Counted from the stretch's first letter, positions 34,870 through 45,706 are shown. The stretch: DNA of 64,000 bases from Thermoleophilaceae bacterium (GCA_035630455.1 DASQKP010000031.1:21429-85428), one strand, 5' to 3'. Made by a program: numbers and translations. Notes: a model not told the origin generated them from the sequence alone.

Positions 34870-35658
34870 TCAGAGGATGATCGGGACGCTGCCGCCATCG
34901 ACGCTCCAGGCGGCGCCGGCGACGTTCGACGCTCGCTCGGAGCAGAGAAAGGCGATCACGGCCGCGACCTCTTCCTCGGTGCCGATCCGGCCGAGCGGGA
35001 TCTTGTCGCCGAGGCCGGCGATCACCTGCTCGCGATCGATCCCCTGCTGAGCGGCGGTCTGATCGGCGAGGCCACCTTCGTCGAGCCACATGCCTGTCCC
35101 AACGACGCCCGGCGCGACGGCGTTGACGAGCACCCCCTTTGGCGCGAAGGCATCGGCGTAGGTGCGCGAGAGCGAGAGCTGGGCGGCCTTGGTTACCGAA
35201 TAGGCGGCGTTGCGCTGCGACGGCCGCTTGCCCGAGGACGAACAGACGTTGACGATCCGTCCCCATCCGGCGGCGACCATCCGCGGCGCGGCGGCGCGCA
35301 TCAGCCGCATCGGCGCCATCACGTGCAGCTCCCACTGCTCCTGCCAGTCGCTGTCAGTGAGCTCGTCGAGGCCGGCCATCCTGGTCACTCCCGCATTGTT
35401 GACCAGCACGTCGACGCGGCCGAGACGCTGCTCGCAGGCGGCGATGACACGCTCGGCGGCATCGGGCTCGGTGATGTCGGCGGCGAGGATCTCGGCACGC
35501 TCGCCGCACGCCGCCGCCGCCGCTACGAGCGCCTGCTCAGAGCGGCCGACGAGCAGCAGTTGCGCCCCCTCGGCGGCCAGCAGCTTCGCGGTCGCCAGGC
35601 CGATGCCGCGGCTGCCGCCTGTGATCACGCAGGCCCTGTCGCGCAGTCCGAGATCCAT
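34870..35658 (-). CDS. Short-chain dehydrogenase/reductase
   Basis: ITGGSRGIG, NNAG and YSVTKAAQ (YxxxK) motifs. Confidence 0.9.
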   Translation of the reverse strand: MDLGLRDRACVITGGSRGIGLATAKLLAAEGAQLLLVGRSEQALVAAAAACGERAEILAADITEPDAAERVIAACEQRLGRVDVLVNNAGVTRMAGLDELTDSDWQEQWELHVMAPMRLMRAAAPRMVAAGWGRIVNVCSSSGKRPSQRNAAYSVTKAAQLSLSRTYADAFAPKGVLVNAVAPGVVGTGMWLDEGGLADQTAAQQGIDREQVIAGLGDKIPLGRIGTEEEVAAVIAFLCSERASNVAGAAWSVDGGSVPIIL

Positions 35659-35692
35659 GCCGCGAAGTCTCCCAGGCCGCTGGCTTGAGGCC

Positions 35693-36619
35693 CTAGCGGT
35701 TCGCTTGGTGCGGCATCGGCTCGCCGCGCAGCCCCGCGAGCAGGTTGTCGACGGCGATGTCGGCCATCTCGGCGCGCGTCTCGTGCGAGGCCGAGCCGAG
35801 GTGGGGGGCGACGACGAGGTTCGGGGCGGTCAGCAGCGGGTGATCGACCGGCAGTGGCTCGGGGTCGGTGACGTCGAGCGCGGCGCCGGCGATCCAGCCC
35901 TGCTCGAGCGCTTGGCCCAGCGCGTCGGTGTCGACGACCGGGCCGCGCGCGGTGTTGACGAGGTAGGCGTCATCGCGCATCCGGCGCAGTGCATCGGCGT
36001 CGATCAGCCCGCGCGTCTGATCGGTGAGCGGGCAGTGGAGCGTGACGACCGTCGACCGCTCGAGCAGCTCCTCGATCGGCACCCCATCGGTGCGGCCGGC
36101 GTGGAGGACGTCCGCGCCGAAGCCCTCGACGCGCCGCTTCACGGCCTGCCCGATCCGCCCCAGCCCGACGATCCCGACGGTGGCCCGATGGAGGTCGTGG
36201 CCGAGCAGCCGTGCCGGCTCCCAGGTCAGCCACTCCCCCGCCCGAACCTCTGCGTCGCCCTCCGGGATGCGGCGCATGACCGCCAGCATCAGCGCCAGCG
36301 CCAGATCGGCGCTCGTCTCGGTCAGCACGTCGGGCGTGTGGCCGACCGGTACGCCGCGCTCGCTGGCAGCGGCGAGGTCGATGTTGTCGGTGCCGACGGC
36401 GTAGGTGGAGACGGCGCGCAGGCTGGGTGCCGCCTCGAACAGCTCGCGGTCGACCGGGTCGGTGAGCATGCAGAGCAGACCCTCGACACCCGCCGCACGC
36501 TCCCGCAGCTCCTCTCGCGTGGGCGGCAGCCGCTCCGACCAGACCTCTACGTCGTGCTCGGCGGCCAGCCGCGCGACAGCGGCCCCAGGGATCTCGCGAG
36601 TGACGAAGCAGCGTGCCAT
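35693..36619 (-). CDS. D-isomer-specific 2-hydroxyacid dehydrogenase (glyoxylate/hydroxypyruvate reductase-like)
   Basis: ORF trimmed to ATG 36619 (MARCFVTREIP...). NAD motif GIVGLGRIGQAV, then LVNTARGPVVD and APHLGSAS catalytic-region motifs. Confidence 0.9.
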   Translation of the reverse strand: MARCFVTREIPGAAVARLAAEHDVEVWSERLPPTREELRERAAGVEGLLCMLTDPVDRELFEAAPSLRAVSTYAVGTDNIDLAAASERGVPVGHTPDVLTETSADLALALMLAVMRRIPEGDAEVRAGEWLTWEPARLLGHDLHRATVGIVGLGRIGQAVKRRVEGFGADVLHAGRTDGVPIEELLERSTVVTLHCPLTDQTRGLIDADALRRMRDDAYLVNTARGPVVDTDALGQALEQGWIAGAALDVTDPEPLPVDHPLLTAPNLVVAPHLGSASHETRAEMADIAVDNLLAGLRGEPMPHQANR

Positions 36620-36708
36620 CGCTGCGAACCCTTCCAAAAAGCGCGAGCGAAGCATTGTCGGGGTCATCGCCCTGTGAATCCTTCGGCCGACCGGGTAGAT
36701 GCGACCAA

Positions 36709-37218
36709 GTGCCCAAGGACACCGGCTTCCCCCAGACCGACGCGCAGTTCGACTTTTCCCGCGCGCGGCGGCGCCGCGGACTGGCGCGGCTCGCCAACCG
36801 ACTAAAGGGCCGGCCCGGCTCAAAGGTGGCGATCCTCCCGTTCGAGGAGGTCGTCGAGGCACTCGGCCGCGTCGGCGAGCGCCGCCTCGGCCTGAAGTCG
36901 ATCCCGCTCGACTCAATCGTCGGAACCGTCGACCGCGGTCGCGAGTTCGACCGCGGCTTCCGCCCCACGTCCGGTCGCCCCCGCGGCCGCTTCGAGCGGA
37001 TCGCCACCGCCAAGCGCCGCGGCGAGTCGATGCCCCCGATCCGCGTCTACCGGATCGCCAACGCCCACTTCGTCGAGGACGGCCACCACCGCGTCTCCGT
37101 CGCCCGCGCCCAATCCCAACCCGACATCGACGCCTACGTCACCGAGGTCGTCCCCGAGATCGGCCACGACCTCGACCTCCGTAAAGCCACCCCCGCCGAG
37201 CTACGGGCCCTGCGTTAG
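36709..37218 (+). CDS. ParB/sulfiredoxin-like domain protein (stand-alone, DGHHR motif)
   Basis: C-terminal half MPPIRVYRIANAHFVEDGHHRVSVARA carries the ParB N-terminal-domain/Srx-type DGHHR motif. The start is uncertain: GTG 36709 chosen, and the ORF extends up to 36613. Confidence 0.55.
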   Translation: MPKDTGFPQTDAQFDFSRARRRRGLARLANRLKGRPGSKVAILPFEEVVEALGRVGERRLGLKSIPLDSIVGTVDRGREFDRGFRPTSGRPRGRFERIATAKRRGESMPPIRVYRIANAHFVEDGHHRVSVARAQSQPDIDAYVTEVVPEIGHDLDLRKATPAELRALR

Positions 37219-39350
37219 CGCTTCGGCGCGCGAACTACGATTTCCGACGTCTGCCGGAAGATGAGCCGAGTCCCGAACGGCCGGAAGGTGACGACTGCCT
37301 TCACCCGCACGGGTCTTGAGCCACGGAGCAGCTTGCGCTTGCGGGGCGCGAGCCGGAAGCCCAGTCTGCGCGGCACGCCACCCTTGACGCGGGCCCGAGC
37401 GTCCACGAGCGCTACGCGCTTGCCCTTACGCAACAAGTGCGCACGCACGCGCAGCGTGCCCGGCCTACGGGTCTCGAACCGTGGAAGTCGGAGGAGTCCC
37501 GCGGGGCCTCCGCGCAGGAGCTTGGGGAAGGCGCTCGTCAGCCGCGCGAGATCGCGATCAACTGGCCCATAGTCGACCGGTGGTGGTGTCTTGGCGGGGC
37601 GAAGCGGACGCGTGGGGGGTGTACGCGTCCCGCGGAGCGCTATCGAAGCAGGCGCGGGGCCGCCACCCGCATAGGTGACCGTCAGGGTTCCCGCAAGGGG
37701 ACTCGATGCCGTCGGCCTGAAGTCGACCGAGACGACGCAATCGTCCTCGGGCAGCAGCAGCTCATCCGAGCACGTGTCGACTCCTACTCCAAAGCCAGCA
37801 CTCGCGAACACCTCCGCGACCTCGGCAGGCTCGTCGCCGGCGTTGACGATTCTCACCTCGCGTGGAGCGCTCCTGCGCCCCGCACCGACGTACCCGAAGT
37901 CGATCGCGCTGGGACTCGGCGACAGGAACGCGCTGAGAAATGAGGCCGCTTCCACGAACACGTACCGCGGTCCGGAGGCTGAACTGCCCTGGATCTCCAC
38001 CAGGTCGAACAGTTCCTCCGTAGCCCCCGGAGCATCGAAGCGAACGTCAACCTCGCATGTCGCCCGTCGAGGGAGCGTCCCGGCGCAGCCATTGCCGACG
38101 ATCGAGAACGCTCCCGGTGACAGGCCCATGACCTCGATGGCGCCCGGGGCGACTGGCGCCGACCCGGTGTTGTGAACCGTGAACGACTGCGTCGCCGAAC
38201 CGAACGCGCTCAGCCAGCCGAAATCGATCAAGTCCGTGCTGACGTGAAGCGCGTCGCCGAACGCAATGCCGACGCCGGACCCCGAGACCTCCAGGGCCAG
38301 ATCGTCCTCACCGTCCTCATCGAAGTCGGCCATCTCCGTCCCGCTGTGAGAGCCGTTGGCATAAAGCTGGCCGCCATCGAGGCGCTCAAAGCTGCCGTCG
38401 TCGCCTTGGAGAAGTACCTGGACTTTGCCGGTGTTACCAGGCGTCGTCACCAAGTCCATGTCAGCGTCGCCGTCCAGATCACCAGCCTCGACGTCCGCAG
38501 GAAAATCCTCAACAGAGTACGACTCTCGCGTCCCGAATTGACCTGGTCCCGTGCCGGGAAGGACAGACACGGCCTGCCCGGTGAAGTCTGCCGAGACCAC
38601 GTCGAGCAATCCATCCCCATCGACGTCAACAATCTCTGCGCCCGTGGGATGACCGCCCACGTCATGACGGACCGCCGATGCGAACACGCCGCCGGCCCCC
38701 TGCCGGAAGACGAGCACCTCACCGTTGGAGGGATCGACCCCGACAATGTCATCGTCGCCGTCCGAATCCAGATCAGCAACGGCCAATACGGGCGGCAACG
38801 AGACAGCGAGAGAGACCTCATGTATGAAGCTGCCGTCCGGCTGTTGGATCAAGAGGGCGACATGTCGCGACGGTAAGTCGCGTGGCACCGCAACGTCAAG
38901 TCTGTCGTCGCCACCGAAGTCCCCCAGAACCGCATTGTCAGAACCGAACGGTACGGCCATCGTCCCGGCTCCCAGTCCACCGGCCCCGTCTCCACGAAAC
39001 AGCCTGCCGGCCGCGAGAACGTCCAGCACACCATCGCCGTCGAGATCACCCGTATTGATCGTTCCTGGAAACAAGGAATCACCTAGCGGATACGTCTCTA
39101 TGTCGAAGCCGCCCTCCCCATCGCCAAGCCCTACGGCAATCCCCCCGTTTACCCCAGTCAGCACGTCCTGGTGCCCGTCCTCGTCGAAGTCGACGATGTC
39201 CATGCCGCGGGTCATCCCCTGCTCATAGGTCTCCGGCTCGAAGAATGTGATGGCGGCGGTGGCTCCGCCCGGCAGCACGAGACAGACCGCCACCCCAGCG
39301 ATAGCCGCGATCCATAGTGGCTGCCGCAGCACCCGACCGAACCCTGACAA
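37215..39350 (-). CDS. Secreted FG-GAP/VCBS-repeat protein with two choice-of-anchor-D-like beta domains and a basic C-terminal module
   Basis: TTG 39350 is preceded by GGGAGGG, followed by a signal peptide. Repeated D.D.DG..D[VIL] FG-GAP motifs (DFDEDGHQDV, DLDGDGVLDV, DLDSDGDDDI, DVDGDGLLDV, DLDGDADMDL, DFDEDGEDDL). Two segments of the type F.V.N.G..P......G....F......C...L.....C.V.V.F.P. Confidence 0.8.
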   Translation of the reverse strand: MSGFGRVLRQPLWIAAIAGVAVCLVLPGGATAAITFFEPETYEQGMTRGMDIVDFDEDGHQDVLTGVNGGIAVGLGDGEGGFDIETYPLGDSLFPGTINTGDLDGDGVLDVLAAGRLFRGDGAGGLGAGTMAVPFGSDNAVLGDFGGDDRLDVAVPRDLPSRHVALLIQQPDGSFIHEVSLAVSLPPVLAVADLDSDGDDDIVGVDPSNGEVLVFRQGAGGVFASAVRHDVGGHPTGAEIVDVDGDGLLDVVSADFTGQAVSVLPGTGPGQFGTRESYSVEDFPADVEAGDLDGDADMDLVTTPGNTGKVQVLLQGDDGSFERLDGGQLYANGSHSGTEMADFDEDGEDDLALEVSGSGVGIAFGDALHVSTDLIDFGWLSAFGSATQSFTVHNTGSAPVAPGAIEVMGLSPGAFSIVGNGCAGTLPRRATCEVDVRFDAPGATEELFDLVEIQGSSASGPRYVFVEAASFLSAFLSPSPSAIDFGYVGAGRRSAPREVRIVNAGDEPAEVAEVFASAGFGVGVDTCSDELLLPEDDCVVSVDFRPTASSPLAGTLTVTYAGGGPAPASIALRGTRTPPTRPLRPAKTPPPVDYGPVDRDLARLTSAFPKLLRGGPAGLLRLPRFETRRPGTLRVRAHLLRKGKRVALVDARARVKGGVPRRLGFRLAPRKRKLLRGSRPVRVKAVVTFRPFGTRLIFRQTSEIVVRAPKR

Positions 39351-39430
39351 GGAACCCTCCCGCTGAGTTGACCGGGGTCAGTCTAGCCAGTTGGCAAGTA
39401 CGTACGCGCCGTTACCCGCTTCCGACGCGG

Positions 39431-40621
<1,191 letters not shown>

Positions 40622-40661
40622 TGCCTCTCTCCTTACCCGTAATCCCTCGGCCTATCCCGCC

Positions 40662-41492
40662 CTATCCCTTGACCGCACCAGCGGTCAGGCCAGCGACGAT
40701 CCGGCGCTGGAAGATCAGGACCATCACGATGATCGGGACCGTCACGACCACCGCCGCCGCCGAGATCGCGCCGATCGGCTGCTCGAACTGCGACCCGCCG
40801 GTGAAGAAGGCGAGCGCCGCCGGCACCGTGCGCGCATTGTCGGTCGAGGTGAGCGTGTTGGCGAAGATGAAGTCGTTCCAGGCGAAGATGAAGACGAGGA
40901 TCGAAGCGGTGAACACGCCCGGTGCGGCGAGCGGCACGATCACCTTGCGGAACGCCTGAAACGGGGTAGCGCCGTCCACCTGTGCCGCCTGCTCGAGCTC
41001 CCACGGAATCTCGCGGAAGAATGCCGACAGCGTGTAGATCGCCAGCGGCAGCGTGAACGTCATGTAGGGGATGATCAGCCCCGCCCAGGTGTCGTAGAGG
41101 CCAATCGAGCGCCACATGTCGAACAGCGAGCCGACGATCGAGATCGGCGGGAACATCGCCACGGCGAGCGCGCCCGACAGGATCACCGTCTTGCCGGCGA
41201 AGTCGAGCCGCGCCAGCGCGTAGGCGGCCATCGCGGCGAGCCCGATCGAGATCAGCGTCGCGATCATTGCGATGCCGATCGAGTTGACCAGCGCGGCAAT
41301 GAACGTGTCGTCGTTGAAGATCGTCTCGTAGTTCTCGAACGTCGGGCTGCCCGAGAAGAACTTGCCGTCGGAGAGCTTGTCCGAGGGCTTGACCGACAGC
41401 GACGCGATCCAGAGCACGGGGATCAGCGCGTAGAAGATGACAACGAGGATGCCGATCCCCCAAAACACCCGATCGCGTGCCGAGTCGAGCAT
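40662..41492 (-). CDS. Carbohydrate ABC transporter permease (CUT1, SugB/MalG-like)
   Basis: ORF trimmed to ATG 41492, 1 nt after the upstream stop. EAA-loop [26 protein letters not shown]. Confidence 0.9.
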   Translation of the reverse strand: MLDSARDRVFWGIGILVVIFYALIPVLWIASLSVKPSDKLSDGKFFSGSPTFENYETIFNDDTFIAALVNSIGIAMIATLISIGLAAMAAYALARLDFAGKTVILSGALAVAMFPPISIVGSLFDMWRSIGLYDTWAGLIIPYMTFTLPLAIYTLSAFFREIPWELEQAAQVDGATPFQAFRKVIVPLAAPGVFTASILVFIFAWNDFIFANTLTSTDNARTVPAALAFFTGGSQFEQPIGAISAAAVVVTVPIIVMVLIFQRRIVAGLTAGAVKG

Positions 41493-41493
41493 C

Positions 41494-42390
41494 TCAGGCC
41501 TCCCCTCGCTGCTGTGCGGTACTCGTGCCGAGCGCCTTGACGAAGAACATCGCAATCAAGATCACCGCGACGAAGATCAGGATCGATATCGCCGATCCCA
41601 GGCCGAGGTTCACCCTGTTGATCAGCACGTTGTAGCCGAGGATCGACACCGTCTCGGTGCCGTTCGCGCCCGCCGTCTGGATGAAGACGGTGTCGAAGAC
41701 GCGGAAGGCGTCGAGCGTGCGGAACAGCAGCGCGACGAGGATCGCCGGCTTCATCAACGGCAGCGTGATCCGGTAGAAGCGCTGGACGGCGTTGGCGCCG
41801 TCGACCTTCGCCGCCTCGTGCAGCTCGTCGGGGACGAGCGCCAGCCCGGCCAGCAACAGCAGCGCCATGAACGGCGTGGTCTTCCAGACCTCGGTCAGGA
41901 TGATCACCAGCAGCGAGCTGTCGCGCTCGTTGAACGGCGCCCAGGTGTCGGAGATCAGCGGCAGGCTCTGGACGAAGCCGCTGGTCGGGTCGAACGCGTA
42001 GCGCCAAGCGAACGCCGCGACGACCGTGACGATTCCGTACGGGATCAGCACCGATGCGCGCACGGCGCCGCGACCGAAGATCGCCCGGTGCATGACCAAC
42101 GCGATCGCCATGCCGAGCACCAGCTCGATCGACACCGAGGCGACGGTGATGATCAGCGTCGTCCCGACGTCGCTCCACCACGTGCTCGACGTCAGCACGT
42201 CGCCGTAGTTCGACAGCCCGACGAACTCCTTGTCGTCGGGGAAGCGCAGGTCGAACTTCTGCAGCGACAGGTAGAAGGCGTAGGCGATCGGATAGCCGGT
42301 GACGATCAGCATCGCGATCACCGCCGGCGCGCAGAGCATGTAGGCGAGCTTGCGCTCGGACTTCGCGCGGTCGCTGGTCGTCGCCGCCAT
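41494..42390 (-). CDS. Carbohydrate ABC transporter permease (CUT1, SugA/MalF-like)
   Basis: 298 aa. EAA-loop [25 protein letters not shown]. Confidence 0.9.
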   Translation of the reverse strand: MAATTSDRAKSERKLAYMLCAPAVIAMLIVTGYPIAYAFYLSLQKFDLRFPDDKEFVGLSNYGDVLTSSTWWSDVGTTLIITVASVSIELVLGMAIALVMHRAIFGRGAVRASVLIPYGIVTVVAAFAWRYAFDPTSGFVQSLPLISDTWAPFNERDSSLLVIILTEVWKTTPFMALLLLAGLALVPDELHEAAKVDGANAVQRFYRITLPLMKPAILVALLFRTLDAFRVFDTVFIQTAGANGTETVSILGYNVLINRVNLGLGSAISILIFVAVILIAMFFVKALGTSTAQQRGEA

Positions 42391-43670
42391 CAGAAGATTC
42401 CCCCCTCGACGGCCTTGTCGATCTTGTCGCTGAGGTCCTGGACGACCGCGGCCGGATCGACGTCGGCGGGCGGGTGGTAGGTCTTCTGGATCGCCAACGA
42501 GATGTCGGCGTAGGCGGGGGTCACGGGCCGCGGGCCGCCGTCCTCGATCGACTCCTGCAAGAGGTCGGAGAACGGGAACGCCTTCTTCAGCGCCGGCTTG
42601 TCGTAGACCGCCGCGCTGGACGGCGCCAGCCCGCCCTTCTCGGCGGCCACGAGCTGGTTGGCCTCGCTAGCGAGGCACTCGGCGGCCTCGAAGGCGAGAT
42701 CCTGCTTCTTCGAGAACGAGGCGACGCCGATGTTGATCCCGCCGAGCGGCGGCTTGCTCGCCTCGCCGGCAACGCTGCGCGGGTAGCGCGCCCAGCCGAT
42801 GTTCTTCTGGAAGTCCTCGCTGACCTCCGCCGCGCTCGGGTAGATGAAGGTGTAGTTGATCTGGTAGTCCGAGCGGCCGGACTCGAAGCCGAGCCGGGCG
42901 TCGTCCTCGGCGTTGGTCGACATGCCGGGCGGCGCCGCCGGCGAGCGCGCGAGCTTGCGCACGATCTCGGCGGCGGTCTTGGCGGTGTCGTCGACCACCA
43001 CGTCGCCCTGCTCGTTGACGATCTGCCCTCCCGCACCCGCGATCAGCGCGTTGACCCAGACGGTGAGGCCCTCGTACTGACGCGCCTGGATCTCGACGGC
43101 CTTGCCGTTGCGCACCGCGTTGTCGATCATCTGGTCCCAGGTGAAATCCTCGGGCGGCTGCTCCACTTGGTCCTTGCGGTACCAGAGCAGCTGGGTGTTC
43201 GAGGTGAACGGGATCGCCCAGACCTTGTCCTGGTAGCGGACGGTCTCGAGCGGCCCCTCGAGCCGGCCCTCCTCGGCGACCTGCTTGCGCTCGCCGGTCC
43301 ACGGCACGATCCAGCCCGCGCCGGCGAACTCGGCCGTCCAGATCACGTCCATCCCGATCAGGTCGACGGTGTCGTCCTCGGCGGCCAGCCGCCGCACGAT
43401 CAGCTCGCGCTGCTGGTTGGCGTCGGTCGGCAGGCGGACATAGTTGATCTGGAAGCGGCCGTTCGACTGGTCGTTGCAGTCCTTGATCGCCTGCTCATAG
43501 GCACCGCCGGGCTCGTTGAAGACGTACCAGTTGATGCTGCGCGCCCCGGTGGACGCCTCCTGGCCGCCGAGCCCAAGGCACCCGCTGAGCGCTACGGCCG
43601 CTGCGACCGCCATTGCCGCCGCCGACGCTCTGCAACTCGTCCTCTGCCCTCTGGGTCCAGCCGGCGTCAC
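42390..43670 (-). CDS. Extracellular solute-binding lipoprotein (CUT1; LpqY/trehalose-maltose-binding-like)
   Basis: Lipobox VALSGC. NWYVFNEPGGAYEQAIKDCN...IGMDVIWTAEFAGAGW resembles LpqY-type SBPs. The gene order SBP-permease-permease-ATPase mirrors lpqY-sugABC. Confidence 0.8.
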   Translation of the reverse strand: MTPAGPRGQRTSCRASAAAMAVAAAVALSGCLGLGGQEASTGARSINWYVFNEPGGAYEQAIKDCNDQSNGRFQINYVRLPTDANQQRELIVRRLAAEDDTVDLIGMDVIWTAEFAGAGWIVPWTGERKQVAEEGRLEGPLETVRYQDKVWAIPFTSNTQLLWYRKDQVEQPPEDFTWDQMIDNAVRNGKAVEIQARQYEGLTVWVNALIAGAGGQIVNEQGDVVVDDTAKTAAEIVRKLARSPAAPPGMSTNAEDDARLGFESGRSDYQINYTFIYPSAAEVSEDFQKNIGWARYPRSVAGEASKPPLGGINIGVASFSKKQDLAFEAAECLASEANQLVAAEKGGLAPSSAAVYDKPALKKAFPFSDLLQESIEDGGPRPVTPAYADISLAIQKTYHPPADVDPAAVVQDLSDKIDKAVEGGIF

Positions 43671-43711
43671 GCCAGCTGTCTACCCGCGTGCGCTTTGTGA
43701 CAAACAGCCGC

Positions 43712-44989
43712 CTACCGTGCGGCGGTGCCATCGCGAACGTGGCGCCGCCAGCTGAGTAGGTCGCGGTAGAGCGACAGCAGCGAGTCGGGGTCGCCGCGCT
43801 GGTCGGCGACGTTGCGGTCGGCCGGATCGACGAGCGGCAGCCAGGGCGTGCCGGTGGTGAAGCCACCACGCGGGCTGGCGTTCCACTGCATCGGGTGGCG
43901 GTGGGCGTCGCGCCCGGCGCGATCGTAGGGCGGCTGGTGGCCCGGCCCGTCGCGCATGCCGATCTCGTCGCCCTGGTAGATGAAGACGATCCCCGGCAAC
44001 GAGCAGGCGAGCTTGGCGGCGTCGCGCACAGTCTCCTCGCCGTAGCGGTTGGGCAGGCGCGGGAAGTCGTGGTTGGAGAGCGCCCAGGCCGCGGTCCCCG
44101 GTAAGGAGAGCTGTGCCTCGATCGCCGCCTCGAGCGCGTCCGCCTCCCACGTCGCGTGGAACAGCTCGAACGCGAAGGTGGCGTCGAGCGACTCCAGGTA
44201 GGGCGCGCTGTCCGCGGCCGGCAGGTAGACCTCGCCGACCAGCAGCGCGTCGCCTGCCGCCTCGCGCAGCGACGCCAGCGCCTCCCGGATCTCGGGCCGG
44301 TTGCGGGAGTAGAGGTGCTCGAGCTGGGCGTACTCCTCGGGCAGCGGCAGCACGAGCGGAGCGCTCACCGGCGGGTCGTCGCGCAGCTGGTCGTCCTTGA
44401 TCAGCCGGTCGATCGCGTCGACGCGGAAGCCGGCGACGCCGCGGTCGAGCCAGAAGCGGACGATCTCGCCGAACGCCGCCACGACCTCGGGGTTGCGCCA
44501 GTCGAGGTCTGGCTGCTCGGGATAGAAGCTGTGCAGGTACCAGCGCGGGCCACCGCCCGGGTCAGGCGACCACGCCGGTCCGCCGAACGTCGACCGCCAG
44601 TTATTCGGCGGGCCTCCGTCGCGGCCATCCGCCCAGATGTACCGGTCCGGGTGCTCACGGAACCACGGATGCTCGATCGACGTGTGGCACGGCACGAGAT
44701 CCATCAGCACCCGCAGCCCGCGATCGTCGGCCGCCGCGATCAGCCGGTCGAAGTCCTCCAGCGTCCCGTAGACCGGATCGACGGCCATGTAGTCCGAGAT
44801 GTCGTAGCCAAAGTCCGCCAGCGGCGACGGATGGATCGGCGACAGCCAGAACCCATCCACCCCCAGCTCCACCAGGTGGTCCAACCGCGTCTCGATCCCA
44901 TACAGATCCCCGATCCCATCCCCATCCGAGTCCTGAAACGACCGCGGATAGACCTGGTAGATCGTCGCGTTCTCCCACCACTTAGTCAC
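43712..44989 (-). CDS. GH13 alpha-glucosidase/oligo-1,6-glucosidase-like enzyme, short form
   Basis: MTKWWENATIYQVYPRSFQDSDGDGIGDL. GH13 regions I (DLVPCHTS), II (GFRVDAIDRL), III (LVGEVY) and IV (SNHDFPR). Only 425 aa. Confidence 0.9.
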   Translation of the reverse strand: MTKWWENATIYQVYPRSFQDSDGDGIGDLYGIETRLDHLVELGVDGFWLSPIHPSPLADFGYDISDYMAVDPVYGTLEDFDRLIAAADDRGLRVLMDLVPCHTSIEHPWFREHPDRYIWADGRDGGPPNNWRSTFGGPAWSPDPGGGPRWYLHSFYPEQPDLDWRNPEVVAAFGEIVRFWLDRGVAGFRVDAIDRLIKDDQLRDDPPVSAPLVLPLPEEYAQLEHLYSRNRPEIREALASLREAAGDALLVGEVYLPAADSAPYLESLDATFAFELFHATWEADALEAAIEAQLSLPGTAAWALSNHDFPRLPNRYGEETVRDAAKLACSLPGIVFIYQGDEIGMRDGPGHQPPYDRAGRDAHRHPMQWNASPRGGFTTGTPWLPLVDPADRNVADQRGDPDSLLSLYRDLLSWRRHVRDGTAAR

Positions 44990-45030
44990 ACGAGGGAACC
45001 TACCCAGCCCTCATCGCTAGCCTCGTCGCG

Positions 45031-45696
45031 ATGCAGGACGAACGTCGTTTCAACGTCCGCACGCTTGTCATCGCCAGTATCGCGTCCGCGGCCGCGGCGT
45101 TGATCACGTCGCAGTTCTGGATCAGGGGTACGCCGATCGCGGCGGCGCTGACGCCGATCATCGTGACGCTGGTCAGCGAGCTGCTGCACCGGCCGACCGA
45201 GAAGATCGCGCAGCGGATGACGACCGAGACGGACGCGCTGCCGGAGGCCGCCGGCGCCGAGCCTCCGCCGCCGAGCGAGGAGACGGCGCCGCGTCCGGCT
45301 CCGGACACCGACTTCAAGGTCTATCGCACGGGAAGCGCACGGCGGAAGCGGATCGCGTGGGTGACGGTGCTTACGACGGGGCTGCTGGCGTTCGTCATCG
45401 CGGCGGTCGTGTTGACAGTTCCCGAGCTGATCGCCGGCGGCTCGATCGGCGGACGCGACCGGGCGACGACGCTCGTCCCGTCGAAGCAGAAGGAGAGCGA
45501 TGGCGGCGACGCGAAGAGCCCGCCCGACCAGGAGACGGTGACCGACGAGCAGACCGTCACCGAGACGGTCCCGAGCGACCCGGAGACGGTCACCGAGACC
45601 ACGCCGAGCGAGCCTCAGTCGCGGACCACTCCCACGACGCCGCGTGAGACCACGCCATCGCCCACGACGACGCCGCCGACCACACCGGCCGAGTAA
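45031..45696 (+). CDS. Membrane protein with a Thr/Pro/Glu-rich C-terminal tail, unknown function
   Basis: 221 aa with two or three hydrophobic segments. The tail contains ETVTDEQTVTETVPSDPETVTETTPSEP repeats. Confidence 0.6.
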   Translation: MQDERRFNVRTLVIASIASAAAALITSQFWIRGTPIAAALTPIIVTLVSELLHRPTEKIAQRMTTETDALPEAAGAEPPPPSEETAPRPAPDTDFKVYRTGSARRKRIAWVTVLTTGLLAFVIAAVVLTVPELIAGGSIGGRDRATTLVPSKQKESDGGDAKSPPDQETVTDEQTVTETVPSDPETVTETTPSEPQSRTTPTTPRETTPSPTTTPPTTPAE

Positions 45697-45706
45697 CGCC
45701 CCCCGA

